A stretch of 64,000 nucleotides of DNA from Macrostomum hystrix (taxonomy: Eukaryota; Animalia; Platyhelminthes), in assembly GCA_950097015.1 (NCBI GenBank), contig CATNEN010000001.1:2666001-2730000 (forward strand). The letters are read 5' to 3'. Position numbers and translations under genes: made by a program. Shown here in pieces: positions 47,154-59,532 of the stretch. Numbering within the stretch: position 1 is the stretch's first letter; each line of letters begins with the position of its first letter. A model generated the notes under the pieces. That model was not told the origin of the DNA. It made no database searches and saw only the letters and a program-made list of their open reading frames with translations.

Positions 47154-50100
47154 ACCAGCATGGTGACAGAGTCGTCGGCTATGATAAACATTCTGCTAGT
47201 GACCTTGAGCAGCAACTTCAGAGACCCGTAAATGAAGCAGTTGTTGCTGTTCTCCGTGGAATCTGGAGCAACTGGAAGCAGCCGATTGCATACTATCAAG
47301 TTCATAGAACCCTCGGTCAGCTTCGGTTCAAGTCTGCGATAGACTTGTTGTCTGAATTCGATCAGACTTGTTGTCTGAACCGACTGCGGGTTGTCGCACT
47401 GGTTGTCGACCAAGAAACGACACAATGGGCCTATCTCAGCAAACTGGTAAGCAAAACTTTATTTAATAAATTGATATTAGAATATATTGGGTTTTAATAG
47501 CTGAAATGCAGTACAGAAAGTTTGCCAATCTTCAAAACAGCAATAAATTCAAACATTGCGTTTGCGACCAAACGCAATATTATAGCCCTCCATATTTTCA
47601 TATATTTAGGTAACCCCTGCGGCTCCATTTCTAAACCACCATGTGACGCAAGGGCCCGTATTTGTCATCATTGACGTTCCGCACTGCCTGAAAATTGCGC
47701 GCAACGCCCTCATGAAGAACAACATCATTTTCGACGGAGACAAGCAAGCAAGATGGCAAGACCTGGTTGAATTCTACTAAAGGGACAGCAGGACGAAAGG
47801 AAGTCGCTTGAGTGATGCGCACTTCAGCCTCCAATTGGGCCAGAAAATGAAGGTCTCCCTCGCCGCTCAGATCTTTAGTCATTCAGTTTCCAGTGGAATC
47901 AAGACACTCGTACATCACCACGAACTGCCCATCGATGCCCTGCAGACAGCGGATTTCGTGAAGAGAGTCAATGATGCATTCGACTTGCTGAATTCGGCGC
48001 ACATTCTTGACAAAGGATTTAAGCAGCCGATCACGCAAAGTTCGCTTTCAGAGAAGATTGACGAGTTGCGCAGCGTCGAAGTGTCGCGAAAATCGTGAGT
48101 TATTATTAGCCAATCCTGTTCTCTGTTCACCCGTGTGGTAATATATTTTTTCTTACCCGTTTATCTGCCAGCCCCGCCCTTTCTATCTATTATCGATTTT
48201 CCCCCCGTGTCCCTTTCATCTCTGTCTCCCTCCAGTCTTAGCGTCAGCACAAACTTTGTTTTCCTTCCCCCTGCGCGCGTTATCGCCTGTTAACCCCATT
48301 GTACATCCCCCCATGGTTTTCATACCCTCATTTGTCTCTCCTCGCTGTCGACCCCCCTTTCTGCCCTAGCCTTTCAAATAATATAATATTTAGAAAGGCC
48401 CGAGGCAAGGCCGACATGTTTTGTTTTTACTGACCTATCGACTCAAAGTATTAACAGACTTCATTTTATCTACACGAAGCCTTCATCGGAAGCTGGCAAT
48501 TCTTTCCTTGCAGCGGAAAGTCGCTAAAAGCAACTATGAAATTCAAGGAAGCGTGGATCCTGTCGACTTCTGCAATACGGCAGATCAGCACAGCGTTGAT
48601 TCAGGACGAGCACTACGAGTTCGTGTTCACGTGAAGACTATCACAGGATCACGTTGAGGTAAGTTGCCTTCTTATTGGGAATCATATATTTAATAAATAT
48701 TGTGATCACAGGCACTAGTTCCAAGAATAAGTGTAGCTATAATTGTCACTCATACTTGTAATATATCATATAATTGAAAAATTACCATATCCGTCGGATT
48801 TGTTTAAAGGCCCGATTTACACTGCCATCAAATGAGCCAAAGTCACATGTCAGATGTACGAGGGAATAAAAATCAACGTACAAATGAAGTTATCACCCGA
48901 GCTTTATTCTCATTTGATGGCAACGAAAATGGACTTTACGAGTATCTTAAGTTGCAATCTAATTTTGAGTAAAATAAATGCGAATTACAGAATCTGTTCT
49001 GCATCATCCGTGGCCGCAACGGCTTCAATGAAAAGCCCGAGATTCAGGCGTTCGTTGGGGCACTGCGATCTGTAGCTGCCAGCGGCCTCTCCCAGCCAGA
49101 TTCTACGGCCAGAAACTGCGAAGACGACGGCTGTGTAGCTGCAGTCACAGCAGACTGTGCAGCTGTTGAACTCGGCAAGAACAGCACGTCTGCAGCGAGT
49201 GATTCAAAGACTGAAGACCAGGTCGATGCGACTACTTCGAAAACCTTGACGCAGCCGGCTTATGATTCATTTATTGAAGAAGCGACGGATTACGTGGGCG
49301 GATTTGTGCTCAAGAGGAGCGGCGTCCTGGAATGCCAGAGCTGCAAGCCGGTTCTGACGGCGGCGAATCTCACTGGAGTCCATCTACGGCATAAGTCGCT
49401 GTCTCACGCCGTCAGCGGCTTAAAACTGCCTTCGCCAACTGCGCTGCAAAGCTTTAACAGAATGGAAGCTATCTTCAGTGCTCGATCAGCAACCTTTATT
49501 GTTATTATCGTACTAAAATAGCCTAAGCGTACTAAGAATCCTAGTAAGGATCTTAGCAAGATTAGTCATTCTTACGCTAATCTTACTAAGAAAATTACTA
49601 AGATTACTATGGGGTGCCGACCTGGGAAGCAAATTCCAGATAAATTCAAATTAATTTATACTTATGTAAACAATAATTCCAGGTTTTCTTACAATTTAGG
49701 CGATTAAAATTTACAAATATACACCTCGTTACATCTGTCACAAAAATGTATAACTAGCAAACATACAAGTAATTAAAGAAATCATGTTTAAACTTGAATT
49801 CTGTATAGAATTAGCATAGACCTACTACAATTTCCAAACAGCCAGCACAATTTCTATTTCAATTGCTACATTATTTTACACTTCGTTATCTTTCTTATAT
49901 TTTACACACACAACTTATGCAAAGTTTTGTAATGCTACAGGTCTATGAAATGAGTCAAAAAACAAAGTTGGAAGGAGACTAAACGGTTGGAAATTTTTGG
50001 TTCTCACTTTGTGTACTTATAAGCTACTTATTGCTTCCGGAATTTTCAGAAAAATTATTATTTTTCATTTCGTCATATATAATTTCTACTTCTACAAGAC

Positions 50101-51133
50101 AACTAAACAAATTTTCAGGCAAAAAAGAGAAACCAGAAGCAGCCGCAGTCGCAGCCGCTCTGTACTAGACGGAGCTACGCGGAGGCGGCGGCTCCCTCTG
50201 GAAGCCAGCCAGCCCAGCCCCAGCCCGAAGCCCAGCCCTGGCCTCAACCGATCCATATAGTCCCCCCGCCAGCCCCTCAACCCGACCCAGTCCGCGCGCC
50301 AGCTCGCCCTTATGTCCACCGCGGTGGACGTAAGTGGCGGAACTGGAAGGCTTGTTGGTACTGCTGTATTTAAAAATTTCAACCAACTGCAAATCAAACA
50401 CATCAACTAATTTTCAGCGGAATTTCCGCTCAAACTAATTTTAGCGGAAATTCGTACGGGCGTTCGTGCAGAGTTAGAAGGACATCCGCCTGCCGGAGCT
50501 GCAGGCGTTCTGCAAAGGGTGTGCACATAGTCATAATTTTCTCTCTTACCCATAGCGCCAGTTACGTTGCTGAAACGTTGCTGCAACGTTGATAACTTAA
50601 GATTCAATGTTGCCATGTCAACCGTATCAACAGTGCATGTTGCCGCAACCAACACTGCCGCATCATTGTCAGTGTTATTTATTTAGCCTTTTGTGAACAT
50701 AAATGAAACCATTTTACGGCGCATATTATTTGTCAAATTATTTATTCAGAACATTTTTCAACCACTTTAAATTAAAAAAATTCAGCAATATACACGAAAA
50801 GTAATGGACAGAAAACATGTATTTTAGTTATTTGGGACTGAAAACTTGTTTTTTGAAAAGCTTTTTATTGCAAGTTTAAATTAAACGGAAAGTAAGTTAT
50901 AAAATTCTAGTGCATGTTATAAATTATGTCAGCAATATTATGAACAGCAAATCTATTTATTTTTATTGCTTTGATAAAAGAATTAAGACGTTAAGCAGCG
51001 ATAGAAGTATGTGGTAGAAATAACTTCATAATTAGATCATTTATTTGTTGCCATTCTTTTATTGCACTTTTCTATTTTCAGCGTTTTTTTCGAATCCAGC
51101 TGCCTAAGCTATTCTCTTGAATTGCTTTCGCCA

Positions 51134-51700
51134 TGAGCTCTTCTGACGAAAGTCTATCATATGGGTCATCCTTATTGCCCCATAACAGCATCGAATCTAA
51201 TCCATACTGCTAAACTTCAACGGGCGAGTACAGTTCTGTATCGAGTTTTGGCTCCAACTTGGCTGCTGACACCGTTGACCATACACCACCACAACCCGAT
51301 GCTGGCGCTGTCAGCGTTTACAATAGCATGGTTGGCGCTCAGAATGAAACCCCTGCAAATCAATATACCCAGCAGAACCTAACAATGCTAGTTCCAGCGA
51401 CAGTTATACCTTTATCTCAGTGTTCAAAGAAGTTGGCCTGACTCTTGACACCGTGTGCGCACTGCTCAAACTATGGATGATTTTATCCGCAGTCTCGAAA
51501 GAGGCTGTGGGAGGTCTTCTTCGCTTTTATCGTATTCTGCCGCATAACACGTTTCCCGTCTCCTACAAAGCGATGCGCACGGTTCTTTGTCGATCCCTTA
51601 ACTTTCGTTCTGACTTCGTGCTTAAGCTTTGTCTTTTTGTTCAGTGCTTGACTGTCAAGATCATCCCATTGAAACTTTTGAGGGGATATGGCTCGTAAGT
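51134..51700 (+). mobile_element. Possible CMC/EnSpm-type transposase N-terminal remnant
   Basis: Interrupted frame containing VSKEAVGGLLRFYRILPHNTFPVSYKAMR..LC..C, reminiscent of EnSpm-like N-termini; weak similarity only. Confidence 0.3.
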
Positions 51701-52080
51701 GTCAGTTCCAAATAACCATAGAACGGAACTTCGATAAGATAATTGCGAACCAAAATGTCTTTGCCAGTCGAGGTAAGAGAATTTGAAACCTACTTGTCGT
51801 CGATTCCGAATCAGTTACCCGCATTTGTCATTGCGAGGACATGAAATTTATTCTTCACTTTTCTTTTTTTCACCTGCGATGTCATCTTTTCGGAATAAAA
51901 GAGTTTAACAAAAACTAAAACCATGCTTTGACTGTATCGATCCTAAAATCTATCCAATGATGACATTAAATGATTAATCATTAGTAGCTTCTCGAGTAGC
52001 TTCTCGTCTACCTGGGTAATAAAATAAAATTGAAATAAAATAAAATGTAATAAAATTTCCTAGCTGGATCGTGAGTAATT

Positions 52081-53106
52081 TATAGCGACTATTCACTATT
52101 CACCGGGGTCGGTGTCCTACCAATCGCTTCAATAGCAGCAGGGGAAATCTGAAGTTAAATAGCGTTAAGAGATTGGGGTAGCGAGCAAAGCGGAATAGAT
52201 AAGCGATAAGACCCACGTGTCGTCCTCCGGCCCGGCGAAACTCTTAGTAAAAAAGAATAACACAGTACGAACACTAAGACTCGAGTAAATTGATTGGGAG
52301 TGATTTAATCAGTTTTTTGTGACGCGCCGACTCCAGATAAGAATAGGAATTGATTTGACTCTTTTACTTGCTCAACTTGATTAAAAAGTTAGACCGACAG
52401 AATAAGGATATTCGCACAGAAAGCAATTATAGCGCGCTCACATTGGAAAGCAAAATTTGGTCCGGGGAAATTGGATATAATAATTTTACTTAAACTGGCC
52501 TAATCCACGCCCTACTCTTCCCGAGAGGCTCCGGTTGTATCTGCTTTCAGCGCTGTCCCGACAGATCCTATCGGTTGGCACTCCTTCTGCCTGACGGCGG
52601 AGTCTCCGAAGAAAGCACGTACTGACTTCGACAACAAGCGCCTATCTAGACCACCCTTGTCTGCGGCGCAATATCAAGACGCGTAGCGCCGAAAGCAACC
52701 TAACTGAACAAGCGGAGCGTGGTCGGGCGGGGCGAGACAAAACAAAGTGGACTTGCTTGCACGTGCTTCTCACAGTGTGAGGTGAATTGCGGAGAACGAT
52801 AAAAGTCACTGCAAAAACACGCTTCCTTTTATAGAGTCATGTTAACCCCAAATTAGGTCGATCGGCGAGGTGGATGCCTGGCTGTAGCTTGAGCCAAGGC
52901 TACAAATCACAGTAGACTTGCGACCGCCGTTCTGAGCCCCGGGGTAGCTTCTTGCCGAGGGTAGACAGGTAGTGAGGCCGGGTCGCTCGCTGATTGGCCG
53001 GGACTGTAGCCCAGGGGTAGCTGGTCCGGCCCGGCTTGGCTTGATAACATAACAAAATAAGCACTGAATAATAACACGGGGAGATAGAAGGACAAACAAG
53101 CTGACA
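52081..53106 (-). mobile_element. Possible solo-LTR-like element
   Basis: Minus strand starts TGTCAG and contains TATAAAAGG at ~52834; no matching TSD found. Confidence 0.3.
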
Positions 53107-53829
53107 CTACTCCTGCTTTAAATTCAGTACGAACTGCTTGATTTTGTTATGTTATCAATTCTGTTGTTCAAATGTTCTTACCATTTTGTGCGTCGCATTT
53201 GTTCGATGCATGCCACGCCGAGCAGCAGACGGAAGTCATCTTCCCGTGATTGTGGCTGCCCTTGTGAGCCATAATCCGAAAATTGATTTTTTCGGATTAT
53301 AATCGAATTTAATATTAAGTATTATTAAATATCATTATAATTGCATTATAATATGTAAATAACGTATGAAGAAAGATACATTTGTGAACTTATACGTTTG
53401 TGTTTTCAAAAGTAATTTGAACAAACAGTCGCCTGCCTATTGGTGCACTTCGTAATTTTTTTTTAAAGTAATTCGCTCGTACTTGCAAAAAAAGACATTT
53501 AAGTCAGCCTTAGCCATGAGAATAAATGTTACTACAATGAAAATGTTCGTTTGCAGATCGCACCTGCATGTACATGCAGGAAGGAAAAGTAAAGTAGCTC
53601 AAATTTCCAAGTTTATGTATTTATTTTTACAGAAATCGTAAAAAAATTAGAAAGGAAAGCAGATTGCACTGTACTAGGATAAGTATTATCGTTTGTCCGA
53701 CGCTACGCTCGCTTCGCTCCTCGTTGGCAATTTTTTCGGACTGCACTTCGATCTAACTAGATTTGTATTCATATCTCAATATCTACATATCTAAATTTTC
53801 ATATTTCTGATCTGATATCCTGATTACTG

Positions 53830-54400
53830 ATGACGAAGAAATATTGCTTTGTGAACTTCGTTGATGGAAACATGATTGTTTCAATTAATTGGTTCACAAG
53901 TTATGGTACAGCAGTTAGGCTGCCAAATGACTACTCAAGTACTACTGACCCCAGGCTTGTGTCAAAGACGTCTGCGTCAGCAAGAGAACCCAGGAAGCAG
54001 CTGGGAATGTCAAGTGTTGTCAAGTGTCAAGTGTCATATTTGGAATGGTAAGCACCGTGTATCCTATGTTCAGATTTTGTGAACATGTCCGCACTATGTA
54101 GTTTATCCTTTATCAGACGATCTGGACTACTTGCTCTATCGTCTGACACGCTTTGATAAGACGGGTACTCTTTCGGACACCGATGTTGATGGGAAGCGGA
54201 AATGTGAGCAAGTCGAGCACTTCAAAGACTGGCAGGATGAATCTGTAGTGCAGATGAATGTCACATTCATCAGTTTTCAACTTATATAAACTAATTTCAT
54301 TTTAGCTCAATAAATGCTTCAAGCGGACTGAAAACAGTGTCAAGCTTTCAGATGCCGTTAATTCGATGCTTGTTTGGACAGCTGTGACAGTCCCCAGGTA
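53830..54400 (+). mobile_element. Possible DNA-transposon accessory gene remnant (DUF4806-type N-terminus), short introns
   Basis: MTKKYCFVNFVDGNMIVSINW.. then, after a short intron, DDLDYLLYRL..TGTLSDTDVDGKRK; pattern-level similarity only. Confidence 0.3.
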
Positions 54401-54544
54401 TTGTCACTTTAAAATTCAAGGTCGGGGATCAAAATGCGTCTTCCGATAGCTATTTCAGAGTACATTGTTCGAGAGTATTTTTCAAATAGCAAATTATGGA
54501 CTATTATTCCTTCCGCTGTGACTAAGCTCAGCAAATATTTTTAG

Positions 54545-57500
54545 ATGTGATGTGCTGTAGTCTGCTGAGCAGCCTCCAGGCAATCTGTGAAGTCAGGGCT
54601 GCCCTAGTTCTGTGGGAGGGCTTGGGAGTAGGTAGGTTGGCGGTTTCCCGTGCACACTCACCTCCGCTCGCTACCCCCTCCTCTTTCCCTCTCTTGTTCC
54701 AGCTCTGTCGGCGCACTGAGTCATATTGCACGCCATGGTGCAATCGCTTCGGTTCGGAAGAAGACTGGCAGAAGATCGCTCGAATGCTCCTACTATAAGT
54801 AGAGCACAGTCCGACGAATACACCAGGTGTTGTTAGCATTATGGCAGCACACATTCTCTACTTAGATGGCACTGTTAGGACCTTTTTTCTTCATGCGTTT
54901 GCCTTTTGCGTATCCTTTTGAGTTTACCTCTGAGTTAGAAACTGCATTTTGAAGCATAGCTTCTAACTTTATTTGTGCCCTAGTCATCAAGACTAAGACA
55001 CGCAATTTGTGTCTAAGTTGGAGATTCCTCCACACTTAGAAAATCCCCGATCCTTAAGTCAAGGCCCCTAACGAGGAAACTCAGCGATTCTTAGCCTGAC
55101 TACTAGGTTGTTTCACTGCGAAGAAGCACAGTGTTGAGGCCGGTAAAATCCTCTCTCTGAGTCTAGCGTTCCTGTCTTGGTCATTTTACCAATTGTGTGT
55201 GCCACGCTACCACAGGTAAAACGGATGTTATAATCCATTCAAAAAACCTGCGACAACAGCTTGGATCCATCTCTGCATTAGGCTACGCTGGCAGCATCCT
55301 AAAACGGATTACTCGAAGAGCCAACACTTTATCAAAAGGCTCTGTTCGGGACAACGGCTCTGAGATCGATGAGGAGGCAGCTCGCACTGAAAATGCTGCG
55401 ACGGACAATGGCAACGTACCCGACCATGATGACGATAATGACAATGAGGACAACGATGATGTCGATGTGGAAGACGCTGATGGCGATGCTTGGCAAGCAT
55501 ACCCTCCCTTCTTCCTGGCGAAAAGCAGGATCGGGGCCAAGTGGGCAGGACAAACGTCCTGGCAAAACGGGAACATCCGGGGGGATGCGGCCTGAGGTTG
55601 CCGTGACAAGCAACTACTGCAGGCCAAACCCCCTCTAGCAGAGTGGCCTTGGTCCAACAAATCAAAGCACCTCTAAAAAAGACCTGTGAGGCACCTAATC
55701 AGGAGCCATCATCGGAGCTGCAGCGGATACTACCAAATAATTACATTACGCACAATAGAGAAGGACCCGGGACCGCGTACAGAAGCACAGTAGAGACTAC
55801 AACAGAGGAAGAAGCATGACTAGTTTGCGCGGGCTGCGCTAACTGGCGTTTGTGTACGCTGCCCACCCCTGCCCCCCCGCGGCTTCCCCCCACCCCCGGT
55901 GTTTGGGGTGGGCTGCGTGGCGGGGGTTTTTATGCTCCGAGGTAGGCTCTCTGGCCTCGCTGCCGCTTGGCAATTGAAAGTTTTTTTTGAACTGTTACAA
56001 CTGCTGAGTCATGTCACACGATTCTCTGACGGTGAAAGAACTGCGCACGGCCTTATGTTCTAAAGGCTTGAAAAACGCAGGCAACAAGCACACCCTATTG
56101 GAGAGACTTCTGCGGTCACAAGGCTCAGCGGACACGGGACTTATCGATAATTCGGACACCAGCAATCCATAGAGAAGGCGAGGGCCTGACGACAGGACGG
56201 CGGCGGTCGGCGGCAGGAGAGACCCACGGGACTGGCGACCTGGACCGGGACCTGCTGGAGGCGGAGAAGCAGCTGCGCTTGCTGACAATTCGTCGGGACC
56301 AAGCGCACCTGGAAGCCGAGATCCGTCAGCTGGACCGCCGTGCCGATGAGCCGCAATGGCGACCCGCAAATGCCTCAGTGCCCGGTGAGTACTCATGCCT
56401 AGAGAATTTAGTGCTGGGACCTACTGTCAAAGTGCCGGATGATGTGCAGCAGGCGGGGCAGCAGCACCCGAATGCGTACCGGGTGCCGGAGTTCATCGGT
56501 GCTCGCACGCGGCTGGCGCTGAACAAGTCAAGTCAAGCCGGCAAGCAGGCCGCCCAGGACAGCCTCTCTGTTGGCGACTGGATCACCGGGAACGCCAACG
56601 CGCTGATGCAGATGCTGAAGGACGGCAGACTCCTCGTCCTCCGTGATGGCGCTATCGACATGTCGGAGCTGCTGGAGTACCTGAAGCACACGGCCAAAAT
56701 TGGCGACCTCCTCGATCTCGGATTCGACCGCGGCCGCGTTTTGCGCTATGACGATGAGTACAGAGCGCAGCAGGCTGAAGCCGGCGCCTTGGACAGCTCG
56801 GTGACCGACCTGGGACTGGTGGCGGCACACCTGATGGCTCCGAATCTTCAACTGCAGGCCGGCTCAGCGGGCAGGTCATCAGCAAAGCGACCGGTCTGCT
56901 TTGACTTCAACAAGTTGTCCGGCTGCCAGCGCGACCCGTGTCGGTTCGCGCACAGCTGTAGGCGCTGCGGCCAGGCGCACTCGGAGGCCTGCTTCCACAG
57001 AGCGGAGGGCGGCCAGGCGGCAAAAAACTGATGGTCGGGGTTCAGCGGCAGGGGTCTCCCAACATCAAGTCGCCCGCCCCTGCCGCTGCTTCGGTCGAAC
57101 CCCAAAATGAGGGCGACTTAAGTGGGACCCTCTCTACCGACTTGCGCCTTAAAGCCTGGTGCCTCGAGCTGGCCGACACGGAGATGCCAGCAAAGCTCGC
57201 GCAGTTCGTTTTGAGCGGTGTGAAAGACGGTTTCCGCATCAGAAACGTCAGCAGTTCGGTGGACACTGTTGAGCAGGAGAACTACGGCTCCATCGGTCAG
57301 CATCGAGTCGAGGTTCAAGCCCAAGTACGCCAGGAACTGCAAGCTGGAAGATATCGCGTTAGCGCCAAGCAGACTATAGTGAGCGCGCTGGGCGCCATTC
57401 CGAAGTCCGGGGGCGGCATCCAGCTTATCCATGACTGCAGCCAGCCTCAGGGTCGGGCCGTCAATGATTTGTTCGTTTGCCAGCAGAAGCTTCGGTTCTC

Positions 57501-58050
57501 ATCGGCGGCTGCCTTTGCCAGGAAGCTGCGCAAGGATATGTACATGTGTAAAGTTGACCTGAGCCAGGCCTACCGGTCCTGCGGCATTCACCCGGATGAC
57601 CACTGCCTCACCGGTCTGATGTTCACGTTCGAGGGCGAGGCTGAGCCGACCTACATGGTAGACACCCGGCTGCCGTTCGGCGCGGCGGCATCCGTGAGCA
57701 GCTTTTTCCAGATCAGCAACGCCATCCGCTTCATGATGCTCAAGCGCGGGTTCTCCAACTTCGAAGTATACATGGACGACTTCGGCTTCGCGGGTTCGCT
57801 GACTGAGTGCTAGCGCTTTTACAACGAGCTGACGCAGCTGCTGCAGAGCCTGGGCCTGACTGTCAACTGGAAGAAGTGCGTGCAGCCGACGCAGGAGATG
57901 TGCTTCCTGGGCATCCAGTTCAACACGCAGTCGGGGCTGATGAGCCTGCCAGAGACGAAAGTCGAGGAGCTGCAGGCCTGCCTTGATCTCTGCGGCGCGA
58001 GGCGGCGGATCTCCAAGCACGAGTTGCAGAAGCTGGTGGGAAGCGGCTGG
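54545..58050 (+). mobile_element. Ngaro/DIRS-type (tyrosine-recombinase class) retrotransposon, 3'-truncated: SAP + CCCH gag (56011-57031) and RT (57031-58050)
   Basis: SAP-like SLTVKELRTALCSKGLKNAGNKHTLLERL; CFDFNKLSGCQRDPCRFAHSCRRCGQAH; RT motifs ALGAIPK..LIHDCS, KVDLSQAYR, TRLPFG, YMDDF, FLGIQFNT. Stops at ~56170 and 57811; 5' boundary approximate. Confidence 0.85.
57022..57119 (+). promoter_or_regulatory. Putative -1 programmed ribosomal frameshift signal (A AAA AAC + stem-loop/pseudoknot)
   Basis: Heptamer lies in the gag frame immediately before TGA and RT is in the -1 frame. Stems: GGGGTTC/GAACCCC, AGCGGCAGGGG/CCCCTGCCGCT and loop AAGTCGCCC/GGGCGACTT. Confidence 0.7.
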
Positions 58051-59532
58051 AAGCCAAAACAACACCCGAAGACGTACTCAGTGACCTTGAAAAGTCAGAT
58101 CCGACTTATGTAACTGGGTGAATCCAAAATTTACCAGAGAGTTTTTTAAAGGGGTGTCTTATGCTTCTTAAAATGGTGATTGGTGTGTTGCATCAGGTCT
58201 TAAATTAATGATTGAAATGTTCTTAATCGATGTATAATAATTATAATCCAACGGAAAGACAATTTATTTAAAAAATTCTTTTAAATTTGAAAAAGTGCAA
58301 AAAATGAATGTCTAAAATTTATATTTATTAGGTGTATGGTAAATAAAAACTAAACCTTTCCAAACTGTGTATTTCTAAAATACGTTTTCTTCTCATTTTA
58401 GAATTATACTAGCAAGTTTTGCCCCCCTTCGGGGAGCCATATTCAGTACTTAAAAGGGAAAATAATACGATTAATGTTCTCTATTTAAAACAGGAATTTT
58501 TCGGAGATCGTTAATAACGCATTTTAGGTAAAACAAAACTATCAACCTTTTTACGGTTTCATTGTTTAGAGCTTTTATATGTCAACGTTTTTGATAAAAT
58601 GATCTTACTAATTTCATACATAAAATTGTTCAGAGCACTTTTTAGTTGTTACTGAAAATGAAATTAAATTTTATTCCAAGAAAGTCCTACTATCCGAGAA
58701 ATGACTTGCTTTATTCCGATTTTCTTGTTGCTTGGATTGCTCATGTGTACTACAGTTTTGTACACATCCAGACAAATTTTTGACTTTCTTCATTTGTAAG
58801 TGAATTTTTAAGCCCTGCTTATCGTACTAACTGCGACTGCAATGTTCCGAACAATAAGTAGCTCAGCATTGCAACTATTGCCCTTGAATGAGGCCCCTCT
58901 TATTATAATAAATGACTTCAAGAGTCAGTTCAATGCAGCTATCTCATTGTGAATGGACTTGGCGAAAGCAACTGGAGTTACATCCTTCGACCTTTGGTTT
59001 GACGCTTTTAATAAAGCTAACACTGGCTATATATAGCTATGATCATACTAAATTCCCCCTCTATTTTCTAGTCACACTCCTCAGCAGACTTCTCTTTTCT
59101 TATATGCCTCATTCACATTGTCAAATCTTATTTTGAATCAAATCCCATTTTACATTAAAGTATATTTCAAATTAGATCCCATTTTCATAGTTCATAATGG
59201 ATAGCTAATATCAATGGCTAATTAAATATCAATGGATCAATTTCTAATCTCCTTTCTTTTTCTTAATGATTCCAGTTCTCATCAGATCCTATTTCTCATC
59301 TGACTTCTTTTCTTAGTAATCCATTATGTACCATTCGTCATTACAAATGCATGCCTGACAATTTGTCTTTTAAAATAGAATAAGGCAGCTACCAGGAGTG
59401 CAGATTCATGAATCATGGGACTGGTCTTTGTCCGCTAAAACATTGTTTTGTATTTCTTCAATTACAAAAGCACATTGAAAATACTCGATAAACTGTGCTC
59501 AAATCTATTGGGACACCGACGACAGCCATATA

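Larger units (their letters stand above)
46770..49521 (+). mobile_element. Decayed, intron-containing P-element (THAP9-like) transposase
   Basis: LPSESSLKR, TLCFVGMSL (xDEMxL position), VLRGIWSNWKQPIAYY, VVALVVDQ, DVPHCLKIARN, QKMKVSLAAQIFSHSV, TADFV..NDAFDLLNS, NLFCIIRGRNGFNEKP, NCEDD, YVGGFV..CQSC..GLKLPS. Intron 47447-~47609; acceptor at 48990. Confidence 0.9.

Noticed and set aside
55197-55665. Acidic ORF and GC-rich hairpins upstream of Ngaro gag
   Set aside because: No recognisable domain or complete ribozyme fold; origin unresolved.
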